Shown: piece after piece, positions 48,269-58,859 of the stretch | Layout: every line of letters begins with the position of its first letter | How positions within the stretch are numbered: position 1 is the stretch's first letter | Origin: an uncultured Micavibrio sp. | GTDB lineage: Bacteria; Pseudomonadota; Alphaproteobacteria; Micavibrionales; Micavibrionaceae | Assembly: GCA_964478225.1 (NCBI GenBank) | Contig: CAYZHM010000003.1 | Span: 64,632 to 128,631, forward strand | Reading direction: 5' to 3' | Length of the DNA: 64,000 bases | The notes under the pieces: model-generated | Seen by the model: the letters and a program-made list of their open reading frames with translations, nothing else | Database searches by the model: none | What the model was told of the DNA's origin: nothing | Program-made: the position numbers and the translations under genes

Positions 48269-51165
48269 ACACTCAACGCCTCGTCAACCAACCTTGCCTG
48301 TTGCAGGTTATGACGTTTGAGCATTCCAGTTGCAGGAGCCGCCGCTGCCGGACGTCCGACATACTTAGGTCTTCCGGCTTTATGGTTGGCCATCCCAAGC
48401 GATTCCTCTATACGGCGGTCAACAAAATGCCACGCCCCCTGGTTTTCAGGCTCTTCCTGGCACCAGACAACATCAGCATTGGCAAACGGTTTAAGCTCAT
48501 CGGCCAATTCTTCCGCAGGGAATGGATAAAGCTGCTCCATGCGCAAGATCATCACATCCTTAATGCCGCGCTCACGCCGCGCTTCAAGCAGATCGTAGTA
48601 GACTTTACCGCTGCACAGAACCACGCGCTTCATTTTGTCTGGCGCAACCAATTGGTCTTTATCATCATCCCACAAGAAACGGTGGAACGAGCTTCCATCT
48701 GTGAATTCATGAATTTGTGAAACCGCAAGCTTATGACGAAGCAAAGATTTCGGCGTCATCAAAATCAAAGGCTTTCTGAAATCCCGGTTCATCTGACGGC
48801 GCAAAATGTGGAAATAGTTCGCAGGCGTCGTACAGTTTGCAACCTGCCAATTATCTTCCGCACAAGATTGCAAGAAACGCTCAGGTCGCGCTGAAGAGTG
48901 CTCAGGCCCCTGCCCTTCAAAGCCATGCGGCAACAACATCACAAGACCGGACATCCGCAGCCATTTGCTCTCGCCCGAAGAAATAAACTGGTCAATCATG
49001 ACCTGCGCACCGTTCACGAAATCTCCGAACTGTGCTTCCCAAAGCACAAGTGTCTTCGGATCAGCCAGCGTATAACCGTACTCAACGCCCAAGACCGCCA
49101 TTTCAGAAAGCGGCGAGTCATGCACTTCAAATTTCGGCTGCCCCTCATAAACATGCTTCAGGGCAACATATTTATTCTCGTTTTCCTGATCGTACCAGAT
49201 TGCATGACGCTGCGAGAACGTCCCGCGTCCGACATCCTGTCCCGATAAGCGCACAGCAAAATTATCATTAAGCAAAGCCCCGAACGCCAGTAATTCCGCC
49301 GTCGCCCAGTCAAACCCTTGCTCGCCTGCAAACATCGCCTTCTTACCGTCCAGAACACGTTGCAGTTTTTTGTTGATTGTGAAGCCTTCCGGCACCGTAG
49401 TCAGCACTCTGCCTAGTTCTTGAAGTTCCGCATTTGGAATGGCCGTATCGCCACGCCGTGGCCCCTCAGACGCAACACTCAACCCGCTCCATGCGCCACC
49501 AAGAAAATCCGCATCATTCGGCTTATAGGTTTCTGTCGCCTTGAAAGCACCCTCAAGCTCATTCGTGAAATCGTCCAAAATGGCTTTGGCTTCAGCTTCT
49601 GTAATTGTTTTCTCGGCAATCAATTGGCGTTCATACTGCGAACGCGTTGTCTCTTGCGTTGCAATTTTTTTGTACATTAGTGGCTGCGTGAACGCAGGCT
49701 CATCGCCTTCATTATGGCCGTAGCGACGGTAACAGAACATATCGATAACGACATCCTTACGGAATTTCTGACGGTATTCCGTTGCAATCCGCGCCACATG
49801 CACCACCGCCTCAGGATCATCGCCATTCACATGGAAGATCGGCGCCGCAACCATTTTCGCGACATCCGTTGAATACGGACCGGAACGGCTGAACTTCGGC
49901 ATCGTCGTAAAACCGATCTGGTTATTAATCACGATATGGATCGTTCCACCAACGCGGTAACCGGGAAGGTCTGAAATCATCAACGTTTCCGCCGTAATCC
50001 CCTGCCCTGCAAACGCCGCATCTCCGTGCAATAGCAACGGCATGACTTTCACATACTCTTCGTCTTTACGCTGACGCTGCTTTGCACGCACCTTCCCAAT
50101 TACAACCGGGTTAACGAACTCTAGGTGCGACGGATTGGCCGTCAAAGAAAGGTGGACGCTCTTGCCATCAAAATCACGATCACTTGATGTCCCAAGGTGA
50201 TATTTCACATCGCCCGAACCAAGCACATCATCAGGGGTCGAAGACTGCCCCTGAAATTCTGCAAAAATCGCTGTAAAGGGCTTGCCCATAACGTTCGCCA
50301 AAACATTAAGACGACCGCGGTGGGCCATACCGATAACCATCTCTTCCAATCCAAGCTGACTGCCGCGCTTCATAATCTGTTCAATCGCAGGAATAAGCGC
50401 CTCGCCACCATCAACGCCAAACCGCTTGGTTCCCGTGTGCTTTTTATGGAGAAACTGCTCAAACACTTCGCCGGCAGTCAAACGTTTCAAAATCGCTTTC
50501 TTGCCCTCAGCTGTAAACTCAGTCTTGTTATGAGGCTCCTCAATCCGCTCTTGAATCCACTTCTTTTCAGCAGGATCAGAAATATGCATATACTCCACAC
50601 CAATCTTGCCACAATAAGTCGCGCGCAAAGTTGTTACGATAGTATCCAAAGTCGCCGTCTGCATACCGAGAACACCGCCAATATAAATCATGCGGTTATA
50701 ATCAGACTCCGAGAAACCGTAATAAGAAGGGTCAAGCTCCGGATGCTGTTCAATCTCGCGCATCCCAAGCGGATCAAGATCGGCCATCAAATGCCCGCGC
50801 GCACGGTAGGCACGAATAAGCATCAAAGCAGAAATTGAATCCTTTGCAGCAATTTGCAATTCATCACGGCTAAGGTTGTCACTCATCCGTCTTGCAGGCT
50901 CATTCGCCGCTTTCGGCAAATTCTGCACCGGCGCCACATGGGCCACACCAAACGCACGCCCGGACTTACGATTTTCTTCCGGCGTCCAACTCGCGCCCGC
51001 AAGATCTTGAAGAAGCTCGATCTCACTATCCTTCAAACCATCAAAAAACGATTTCCAGCTCTCATCAACGTTGCTGGCATTCTTGAGATATTGCACATAC
51101 AAATGCGCGACATATTCGGCGTTGGTGGCATTGATAAAAGTAAGATTGGGTGCGGTATTGGTCAT
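48265..51165 (-). CDS. sucA: 2-oxoglutarate dehydrogenase E1 component
   Basis: 966 aa. The N-terminus (NAEYVAHLYVQYLKN), the TPP-binding region (GDAAFAGQG) and the overall length are typical of SucA. Confidence 0.97.
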   Translation of the reverse strand: MTNTAPNLTFINATNAEYVAHLYVQYLKNASNVDESWKSFFDGLKDSEIELLQDLAGASWTPEENRKSGRAFGVAHVAPVQNLPKAANEPARRMSDNLSRDELQIAAKDSISALMLIRAYRARGHLMADLDPLGMREIEQHPELDPSYYGFSESDYNRMIYIGGVLGMQTATLDTIVTTLRATYCGKIGVEYMHISDPAEKKWIQERIEEPHNKTEFTAEGKKAILKRLTAGEVFEQFLHKKHTGTKRFGVDGGEALIPAIEQIMKRGSQLGLEEMVIGMAHRGRLNVLANVMGKPFTAIFAEFQGQSSTPDDVLGSGDVKYHLGTSSDRDFDGKSVHLSLTANPSHLEFVNPVVIGKVRAKQRQRKDEEYVKVMPLLLHGDAAFAGQGITAETLMISDLPGYRVGGTIHIVINNQIGFTTMPKFSRSGPYSTDVAKMVAAPIFHVNGDDPEAVVHVARIATEYRQKFRKDVVIDMFCYRRYGHNEGDEPAFTQPLMYKKIATQETTRSQYERQLIAEKTITEAEAKAILDDFTNELEGAFKATETYKPNDADFLGGAWSGLSVASEGPRRGDTAIPNAELQELGRVLTTVPEGFTINKKLQRVLDGKKAMFAGEQGFDWATAELLAFGALLNDNFAVRLSGQDVGRGTFSQRHAIWYDQENENKYVALKHVYEGQPKFEVHDSPLSEMAVLGVEYGYTLADPKTLVLWEAQFGDFVNGAQVMIDQFISSGESKWLRMSGLVMLLPHGFEGQGPEHSSARPERFLQSCAEDNWQVANCTTPANYFHILRRQMNRDFRKPLILMTPKSLLRHKLAVSQIHEFTDGSSFHRFLWDDDKDQLVAPDKMKRVVLCSGKVYYDLLEARRERGIKDVMILRMEQLYPFPAEELADELKPFANADVVWCQEEPENQGAWHFVDRRIEESLGMANHKAGRPKYVGRPAAAAPATGMLKRHNLQQARLVDEALSV

Positions 51166-51257
51166 GGATTTCTCCGTTATAAAAAAGCTAGGGACACATT
51201 AATTTAATGTGTCCCTGTTTGCAATCCTTCTCAGGAACTAAACCCCAAGCGACTTAA

Positions 51258-51689
51258 TCACACCATCTCAAAAACTGGTGTCTCAAAAACTCGATGCATA
51301 TCTACCTGAGGACCTATAACATCTTGCATTGAATACAATAAATAATCTTTGCCAAATATTTCGTTTTTTCCGCGCGTTTGAACGGCTTGTGGCAAATATG
51401 GATATGTTTGAAAAACAACCTGATCAACATAAAATTCCAAAATCTTTGGAAGGCATGCTCTATCCCCTGATTTCCATTCAGGAACATTAGAAACATCCAT
51501 GGACTTCAAAGCTTCATACCCCTCCTCGATCGCATAAAAAAGATCTTCAGGCAATTCAGACTTTGCGCTCCAAGGATCCCCTGGCCAGTAATCATAAAGC
51601 TGGTATTTTTGAATAATTCCTTTCAAAAACTCATAATCAACAGCCAAACTCGCCAAGGCTGCATCATATTCTTTGCGGGTAATCTCCAT
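51258..51689 (-). CDS. Hypothetical 143-aa protein between sucD and sucA
   Basis: AT-rich ORF, acidic and rich in aromatic residues (W/Y/F), no recognisable motif. GGAG about 8 nt upstream of the ATG. Confidence 0.5.
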   Translation of the reverse strand: MEITRKEYDAALASLAVDYEFLKGIIQKYQLYDYWPGDPWSAKSELPEDLFYAIEEGYEALKSMDVSNVPEWKSGDRACLPKILEFYVDQVVFQTYPYLPQAVQTRGKNEIFGKDYLLYSMQDVIGPQVDMHRVFETPVFEMV

Positions 51690-51716
51690 ACAATTTACTC
51701 CTTTTACTATTGATAC

Positions 51717-52592
51717 CTAAGCAGCCATTGCTTTCTTGACCGCATCACCCAATCCCGCAGGAGACTCGGAAACAACGAAGCCAGCCGAACGCATGGCTTC
51801 CATCTTCGCCGGAGCGGTATCGTCCGCACCGGAAATCAGCGCGCCAGCATGCCCCATGCGCTTGCCCGGAGGCGCAGTCGCACCGGCGATAAAGCCCGCA
51901 ATCGGCTTCTTGTTCTTTAAGGATTTGTAGAATTCGCAAGCCTCAATCTCCGCTGTACCACCAATCTCGCCGATCATGACGATGGCTTCAGTTTCAGGAT
52001 CCTTCATGAACATCTCGATACAGTCGATGAAGTTCGTGCCGTTGACCGGATCGCCACCAATCCCGATACAGGTCGATTGACCAAGACCGACTTTGCCTGT
52101 CTGGTAAACCGCTTCATACGTCAGCGTGCCGGAACGCGACACGATGCCGACGCTGCCGCGCTTGTGGATGTGACCGGGCATAATGCCGATCTTGCACTCG
52201 CCGGGCGTAATCACGCCGGGGCAGTTCGGGCCGATCAGACGGGTTTTGGAATTTTTCAATTTTGCCTTCACCTTCACCATGTCCAGCACCGGAATACCTT
52301 CGGTGATACACACGGCCAGGTCCATCTCGGCATCAATCGCCTCAATAATCGCAGCAGCAGCAAATGGCGGGGGAACGTAAATCACGGTCGCATTCGCGCC
52401 TGTACGATCTTTCGCCTCAGCCACAGTATCAAAAACAGGAAGACCCAAATGCTCCGTGCCGCCTTTTTTCGGCGTCACGCCGCCAACCATTTTTGTACCG
52501 TAAGCAATCGCCTGCTCGGAGTGGAACGTCCCCTGCGAGCCTGTAAACCCCTGACAAATTAACTTCGTATCTTTTCCAACTAAAACTGACAT
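51717..52592 (-). CDS. sucD: Succinyl-CoA synthetase alpha subunit
   Basis: 291 aa, [22 protein letters not shown], and the phosphohistidine context GHAGA. Confidence 0.97.
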   Translation of the reverse strand: MSVLVGKDTKLICQGFTGSQGTFHSEQAIAYGTKMVGGVTPKKGGTEHLGLPVFDTVAEAKDRTGANATVIYVPPPFAAAAIIEAIDAEMDLAVCITEGIPVLDMVKVKAKLKNSKTRLIGPNCPGVITPGECKIGIMPGHIHKRGSVGIVSRSGTLTYEAVYQTGKVGLGQSTCIGIGGDPVNGTNFIDCIEMFMKDPETEAIVMIGEIGGTAEIEACEFYKSLKNKKPIAGFIAGATAPPGKRMGHAGALISGADDTAPAKMEAMRSAGFVVSESPAGLGDAVKKAMAA

Positions 52593-52617
52593 TTATTATT
52601 CTCCTAAATTCTCTCTA

Positions 52618-53832
52618 TTACGCTGCTTTATTCATCGCTGCCTTGGTGGCCTTCACGACTTTCTCCGCCGCATCGGCCAAATCGTTCGCCGCGATGATAT
52701 CAAGACCGGAATTGTTCAGGATCTCTTTACCCTTCTCGACATTCGTGCCTTCAAGACGCACAACCAGAGGAACAGACAACTTCACCTGCTTCGCCGCCGC
52801 GATCACGCCGTTCGCGATAATGTCGCACTTCATGATCCCGCCGAAAATGTTCACGAGAACACCTTTGACCTTCGGGTCAGCCAAAATAATCTTGAACGCT
52901 GCGGTCACTTTCGCTTCGTCCGCGCCGCCGCCGACATCGAGGAAGTTCGCAGGCTCGCCGCCATAGAGCTTGATGATGTCCATCGTCGCCATCGCCAGAC
53001 CGGCGCCATTCACCATACAGCCTATATTGCCATCCAGAGCAACATAAGAAAGACCATATTCATGCGCCTGCTGCTCTTTCTCATCTTCTTCCGACGCATC
53101 GCGCAAAGCCGCAATATCAGGATGACGGTAAAGCGCATTGTCATCGAAGTTGAACTTCGCATCAAGCGCCATAACCTCGTCACCCGAAACAATCATCGGA
53201 TTGATCTCAACGATCGAAGCATCCAGCTCAACGTAACACTTATAAAGGTTTTTGAAGAACGGCAGCGCGCTGTCCTTGGCCTTGCCGCTTAGTTTAAGCG
53301 CATCAGCCAGCTTCGCCGCATCCGCATCACTCATGCCCGCAACCGGGTCAATCGCAACTTTCGTAATCGCATCAGGATTTTCATGCGCCACTTCCTCAAT
53401 GTCCATGCCGCCCTCGGTCGAAACCATGAACGTCACTTTTGACGTCGCGCGGTCCAACAATACGGAGCAGTAATATTCCTTTTCAATCTCAACACCGTCC
53501 GTCACATACAAACGCTGGACCTCTTTTCCTTCAGGGCCTGTTTGCTTGGTGACCAGAACCTGGTTCATCATCGCCTCGGCGGCAGCCTTCACATCATCAA
53601 CAGTCTTGCATAGACGCACGCCGCCCTTGCCTTCAGGGTTATTCTTGAACTTACCAGCACCGCGTCCGCCGGCATGAATTTGAGCCTTGACCACAAAGAG
53701 CGTCGTTCCGTCTTTTTTCAGCTCTTCCGCGGCCTTAACGGCTTCGGCAACGCTCATGGCCGGAATGCCTTTGGGAACGGCAACCTTGTATTTCTCTAAC
53801 AATTGCTTGGCTTGGTATTCATGAATATTCAT
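52618..53832 (-). CDS. sucC: Succinyl-CoA synthetase beta subunit
   Basis: [13 protein letters not shown]-terminus, ATP-grasp region, [18 protein letters not shown]. Confidence 0.97.
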   Translation of the reverse strand: MNIHEYQAKQLLEKYKVAVPKGIPAMSVAEAVKAAEELKKDGTTLFVVKAQIHAGGRGAGKFKNNPEGKGGVRLCKTVDDVKAAAEAMMNQVLVTKQTGPEGKEVQRLYVTDGVEIEKEYYCSVLLDRATSKVTFMVSTEGGMDIEEVAHENPDAITKVAIDPVAGMSDADAAKLADALKLSGKAKDSALPFFKNLYKCYVELDASIVEINPMIVSGDEVMALDAKFNFDDNALYRHPDIAALRDASEEDEKEQQAHEYGLSYVALDGNIGCMVNGAGLAMATMDIIKLYGGEPANFLDVGGGADEAKVTAAFKIILADPKVKGVLVNIFGGIMKCDIIANGVIAAAKQVKLSVPLVVRLEGTNVEKGKEILNNSGLDIIAANDLADAAEKVVKATKAAMNKAA

Positions 53833-54022
53833 AAGAGGTCGACTCCGCTCTACAGGTTAATTTCGCCTTTGTTTTAGCATCTTAGCGGCCATTTGCAAGC
53901 GCGAAAACCGCCAATTTTTGAATTGTTAGCCTTTTTTGTGCTAAAATGAAGTCAACAATAAAAAAACCTTGAAAAATGTAAATAAATCAAGGGTAAACGG
54001 TAAAAAATAGAGGTGCGGGTGT

Positions 54023-55471
54023 ATGGCGAATAACCCCACGCAAAGTGATAACTTATTTGCACCCGAAACAAAAGCGGGTGAGGACGCACGTCTAGAGGGC
54101 GAAAAGTCAGGTACACTGAATTTTTCAGGCCTGAATGTCACCGCTGAAAGCACTCACAAAAATGAGCAAAAGAAAAAGGACGAAGATTACCGGGCCCGAG
54201 CCTACGCTAATCTGTTGCTCAATGGCCTTGCTGAACAATTGCAAAGAATTGAAGAAGAAATTGAAAGACTGGAAAGCCAGCAGAACAGCCTTGAAAAGAA
54301 AATCATAGAAACCGAGAGCAGCATTTTAGCAGCGAAAGAAGTTCATGCTGCTTTAAAAGGCGATCTACATGAAACATCGGCAGACGTAAAAGAACTGGCC
54401 AAAAAAGATACAAAAATAGCCGAAACTCAAAAAGTAACCGAGCAAGAGTTCAAACAAGCCCAAATAGAACTAGAAGAAGCAGAGAAAAAACTTGCTGAAA
54501 TTGAAAAGCAACCCGACACAATTAACCCTCTAACCGGTCAGGCTCTGGTTAAACAAGAAGATGGAACCATTCTAACAATCGATGAAAATGGTGAAAAAGC
54601 CGAAGTCGATACTGTAACACAAACATTAGCTTCAGCCGCTGCTTATCTAGGCCTTGTAGAGGTAAAAAGCGATGACGCCGCGATCAAAAAAACGCTTGAT
54701 CAGTGCGGAGAGGATTGCCAGCGTTTGCAAACCCATATCGAAAGCCTAAAAGAACAACGCGCGGCAAACACAGATAAAATCGAAAAAAGCAACGAACTCA
54801 TTGAGCAGCTCACTGCAAAACTTGAAAAAGAGCAGCAGGACATAAAAGCACAAACGGAAAACCTGCAAGAAATGCATCAAGAAAATAAAGAACTTATTGA
54901 CGCAATCAAAACCAAGAAAGCAGAAGCAGAAGAAATTAGAGAACAAATTAAAGAGAAAGAAGAAGAGCTAGGACTTTTAAAGGAAGAAGACCAAACCCTG
55001 ACAGATAAATTTAACTCTCTGAACAACACGCTTAATCTCACGCACGAACAAATTGCTGAAAATCAGGGATGGGGCACAATGACTCTTGAGCGCAACGAAG
55101 CCTTTGCTGCGCTTGAATCAAAGATCCTCGATCGCATAGAAGGCGGATCAATCCCATCATCAGAATTAAAGCACCTTCTCTCTGACAGCTCAGAAGCATT
55201 ACGTGCCAGAGTGGAATCCATGCTCGATCAACGCGGGATTGAGGTCATAGAAAACAAATGGGGGATTGGCAACTATCAACCTATTGCTGAAACCAATCCA
55301 AATACACCGCGCATTGAGGGTCACGCCAACGAACTCACCTCCAACGACCTCACAAACACAATCCATGAAGAGTTTAAACGCGCCGCATCGGAAATCACAA
55401 AAACACTTAAACCCGATGAACCCAAACCGGTTGAACCAAGGCACACACAAACAATGGGGTTAGGCGCATGA
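54023..55471 (+). CDS. Long coiled-coil protein (E/K/Q-rich)
   Basis: 482 aa. Heptad-like E/K/L/Q-rich sequence over roughly residues 60-330. No signal peptide. Confidence 0.6.
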   Translation: MANNPTQSDNLFAPETKAGEDARLEGEKSGTLNFSGLNVTAESTHKNEQKKKDEDYRARAYANLLLNGLAEQLQRIEEEIERLESQQNSLEKKIIETESSILAAKEVHAALKGDLHETSADVKELAKKDTKIAETQKVTEQEFKQAQIELEEAEKKLAEIEKQPDTINPLTGQALVKQEDGTILTIDENGEKAEVDTVTQTLASAAAYLGLVEVKSDDAAIKKTLDQCGEDCQRLQTHIESLKEQRAANTDKIEKSNELIEQLTAKLEKEQQDIKAQTENLQEMHQENKELIDAIKTKKAEAEEIREQIKEKEEELGLLKEEDQTLTDKFNSLNNTLNLTHEQIAENQGWGTMTLERNEAFAALESKILDRIEGGSIPSSELKHLLSDSSEALRARVESMLDQRGIEVIENKWGIGNYQPIAETNPNTPRIEGHANELTSNDLTNTIHEEFKRAASEITKTLKPDEPKPVEPRHTQTMGLGA

Positions 55472-56778
55472 GACCTCCAATCAATCTAAGATCGATATTT
55501 AATTCCAACAGCTATGGCGGCAACGCCTTTGGAAACAGTTTTTTTAATTTCGGCGGAGGCAACTCCATCAACCTCTCGCAAAATGGAATCCGCTTGAATG
55601 TCCGTGAAGGAGGCCTGAGACTAAGCCCAAGCCTCTACCAATACGGCAACAACCCAGCGCAATTCCGATTAAATGGCAGCTTCTATCCCGAGGGCGGATA
55701 TTATGGCCGCAACGCAATCCATTTTAATCACAATGAAGTTGGTGGCATATCGCGAAATAACGTTCGGCTCAATCTGGGCGGCTCTGGCTTCAGATTAAAC
55801 CCTAGCATTTATCAATATGGCGACAACCCAGCGCAATTCCGATTAAACGGCAGCTTTTACGGACCTGGTGGCTACGGTTACCAAGGTCCATACAGAAATG
55901 GCTTTGGTTATGGCGGGGGAGGCTTCAGCGGTGAAAGTGGATATAGCGGTCCTAGCGGGATTTACAATCAAGGCGGGTTCCGAGGGCAGTTAAATTTTGG
56001 TGGAGGCTTGGGTTTCCCCCTGAACCCTTCCTATCTCAATAGAGGCATGAACACCAATCCGCCTTATTTCCTAACGCCCAATCAATTACGGCCAAATTAC
56101 GGCCCACCGCCCTATTTACAACAGCCGCTTCCTATCCAACAGCCGAACGTTAGAGCAACACCTCCGGCAGAGCCTCAGCCCCCTGAGGTCACGCAGGCTC
56201 TGCAAGAAAGAAACGCACGGCGCAACGCAGCAGTAATAGGCACACCTCATTTCGAGCGCCAAGAAAACGAAATGCCAATGAATTTCACCGACTCCGTCAA
56301 AGGAATTTTTGGTGTTCTTAATAAATTTCTTGATGTCTTTTTCGAATTTTTCAGAGATCCCGAAGAAGCTCAGTTCAAAGCAAAACTTTTTTTCCCGACA
56401 AATGAAAAAGAGCAAAGATTAAGCGACACTCAGGACAGATGGCGCGGCACCACAACCGAAAACTACATCAAGATGATGGACAATGAAGGCCCTGGATTAA
56501 CGCGCACACGCCGCCAAACATCACAAAGCAATCCAACTGCAGTCAGCGCCAATTCACGCAATGCGTTTAACCAGGCTGCACCGAACATAAGCGTACCACA
56601 TGTCAATACGCCAAGCATTTCCAACAACGGACCGGTCAGCCCGAGCAATGCTTTTAATCAGGCCGCGCCGAACAATACGAGTGTGCCGCACGTTAACACG
56701 CCAAGCCTTCCGCAATCGAGCACACCGCCAACCAACACGCCTCCCGTACCGCCATCACCATCGGGAACCACCCCCTAA
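55468..56778 (+). CDS. G/N/Y/P/Q-rich low-complexity repeat protein
   Basis: 436 aa, ATGA overlap with the coiled-coil gene. 58-aa in-frame repeat (..RLN..GG.RL.PS.YQYG.NPAQFRLNGSFY) and 29-aa C-terminal repeat (NAFNQAAPN..SVPHVNTPS). Confidence 0.55.
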   Translation: MRPPINLRSIFNSNSYGGNAFGNSFFNFGGGNSINLSQNGIRLNVREGGLRLSPSLYQYGNNPAQFRLNGSFYPEGGYYGRNAIHFNHNEVGGISRNNVRLNLGGSGFRLNPSIYQYGDNPAQFRLNGSFYGPGGYGYQGPYRNGFGYGGGGFSGESGYSGPSGIYNQGGFRGQLNFGGGLGFPLNPSYLNRGMNTNPPYFLTPNQLRPNYGPPPYLQQPLPIQQPNVRATPPAEPQPPEVTQALQERNARRNAAVIGTPHFERQENEMPMNFTDSVKGIFGVLNKFLDVFFEFFRDPEEAQFKAKLFFPTNEKEQRLSDTQDRWRGTTTENYIKMMDNEGPGLTRTRRQTSQSNPTAVSANSRNAFNQAAPNISVPHVNTPSISNNGPVSPSNAFNQAAPNNTSVPHVNTPSLPQSSTPPTNTPPVPPSPSGTTP

Positions 56779-56855
56779 CCCCTTCCCTCTCGACATAACA
56801 GCTTACCGCGCGTACAATCGCGGGGGAAAGATTCATTCACAAGGGGAAATACATC

Positions 56856-57851
56856 ATGAAAGCTCCAGTTAAAGTCGCCGTCACCGGCGCAGCAGGTCAA
56901 ATCGGCTACGCTCTTTTGTTTCGCATCGCCTCCGGCGCCATGCTTGGCCCGGATCAACCGGTCATTCTTCACATGCTCGAAGTAACCCCGGCTCTCGGCG
57001 CACTCAGTGGTGTCATCATGGAACTAAACGACTGCGCGTTCCCATTGTTACACGGCACAGTCGCAACAGATGATCCAAATGTCGCATTCAAAGATGTCAG
57101 CTACGCCCTTCTCGTCGGCGCCATGCCCCGCAAAGACGGCATGGAACGCAAAGATTTGCTGACTGCAAATGGCGGCATCTTCGGCCCACAAGGAAAGGCG
57201 CTGAATGATCACGCCAAGCGCGATGTTAAGGTTTTGGTTGTCGGTAACCCGGCAAATACAAACGCCCTCATTGCTCAGCAAAACGCACCTGACCTGGATC
57301 CAAAATGCTTCACCGCAATGGTTCGCCTCGATCACAACCGCGCGATGAGCCTGCTCGCCGAAAAAACCAGTGCGCACTCCACCGACATTCAAAAAATGAT
57401 CATCTGGGGCAATCACAGCTCGACGCAATATCCCGATCTGCATCACTGCACCGTCAAAGGCAAACCCGCCATGCCGCAAGTTGATCAGGCCTGGTATGAA
57501 GGCACTTTTATTCCACAAGTCCAACAGCGCGGCGCAGCGATCATTAAGGCACGCGGTGCATCTTCTGCTGCTTCCGCCGCCAGCGCCGCAATCGACCACA
57601 TGCACAGCTGGGCATTAGGAACACCCGCCGGTGACTGGGTCTCCATGGCCGTACCATCCGACGGCTCCTATGGCATCCCGCCCGGTGTCATCTACGGCTA
57701 TCCTTGCGTGTGCAAGAACGGCAAATACGAAATCGTACAAGGGCTCGACATTAACGAGTTCTCCCGCGCCCGCATGACGGCAACGGACAAAGAGCTTCGC
57801 GAAGAAGCTTCGGCCGTTCAGCATTTGTTTGGAAAAGCAAAGGCCGCCTAA
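56856..57851 (+). CDS. mdh: Malate dehydrogenase (cytosolic/MDH2-type)
   Basis: [28 protein letters not shown]-terminus. The 331-aa length and GNPANTNA motif are typical of the non-LDH-like MDH clade. Confidence 0.95.
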   Translation: MKAPVKVAVTGAAGQIGYALLFRIASGAMLGPDQPVILHMLEVTPALGALSGVIMELNDCAFPLLHGTVATDDPNVAFKDVSYALLVGAMPRKDGMERKDLLTANGGIFGPQGKALNDHAKRDVKVLVVGNPANTNALIAQQNAPDLDPKCFTAMVRLDHNRAMSLLAEKTSAHSTDIQKMIIWGNHSSTQYPDLHHCTVKGKPAMPQVDQAWYEGTFIPQVQQRGAAIIKARGASSAASAASAAIDHMHSWALGTPAGDWVSMAVPSDGSYGIPPGVIYGYPCVCKNGKYEIVQGLDINEFSRARMTATDKELREEASAVQHLFGKAKAA

Positions 57852-57918
57852 AAATCAATTGACATATGGGCCATATTCTTTACCCTCCGGATGTAATCAA
57901 TAAATCTGGAGAGTAAAG

Positions 57919-58857
57919 ATGACTAAATTTGCCAAGACAATAAAAGCAGCCCTTACAGGAACAGCCCTCAGCATCAGTGCAATCGGAGCAAGCCAGGCAA
58001 ATGCCTTGGACATCATAGCTACGGGCTATATTGGAAACATAGAAAATCCAAATAATGTTGAGACGGACCTAAGCCAGGGAATGCCTATTCAATTGACAAT
58101 AACGGGCATCAATATTTTTCAGGCCCCGGACTTCACAGCGCCCAACATGGAATACGCATTTTATGCCAGCCCTGCTGAAACGTTTAAAATCACCATCGGC
58201 GAAAACGCAGAATATGATTTAGATTTTATTTCCAATCACTACATCACCGTCTATGACCATGTTCAACTATCAAACTCTGGAAATATTTATTTTGGTGACG
58301 AAGTATCAATAGACGGCTCAAACGATGCCGGTGAAAGAGCCTATATTACCTGGTTCAATTACCAACAAAACCCTTACGGACCGGAGGGCGATCCAACTTT
58401 AACAGATACGTCACTCTCCAACATCGAGAAAATTGACAGCTCCCTCCCAGACGCCCTTGGTAAACAAAGTGGACAAACAACAATTCACTTGTCGGACGAT
58501 TTGGACATTTTTGCCTTCTGGAATCAAACAATCCTCACTGAAACGGTGCCTCAATCTGATGGCGATTTTAATCTCGATCAATATGTTGACGAATATGATC
58601 TTGAACAATGGAAAGAAGATTTCGGAAGCTCGGAGCCTTTTGGCGCCTACCCCGACGGAATGGCTGATGGAGCAGATTTCTTGGCATGGCAACGTCACTA
58701 TGGTGAGTATTATGAAACACCGGATCTTGAAGCCAACGCAACTCCCGAACCCTCTGCGCTATCGATGGCCTTCATCGCTGCCGCAGGAGGACTAATGGCA
58801 GGACGCATAGCAAGACACTCGGATTTAAAAAGATCAGAACAAACTTTCGATCTCTAA
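57919..58857 (+). CDS. PEP-CTERM protein with dockerin/EF-hand-like motif
   Basis: Signal peptide, GDFNLDQYVDEYDLEQWKEDFG...DGADFLAWQRHYG, and C-terminal TPEPSALSMAFIAAAGGLMAGRIARH (PEP motif, TM helix, basic tail). Confidence 0.7.
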   Translation: MTKFAKTIKAALTGTALSISAIGASQANALDIIATGYIGNIENPNNVETDLSQGMPIQLTITGINIFQAPDFTAPNMEYAFYASPAETFKITIGENAEYDLDFISNHYITVYDHVQLSNSGNIYFGDEVSIDGSNDAGERAYITWFNYQQNPYGPEGDPTLTDTSLSNIEKIDSSLPDALGKQSGQTTIHLSDDLDIFAFWNQTILTETVPQSDGDFNLDQYVDEYDLEQWKEDFGSSEPFGAYPDGMADGADFLAWQRHYGEYYETPDLEANATPEPSALSMAFIAAAGGLMAGRIARHSDLKRSEQTFDL

Positions 58858-58859
58858 TT

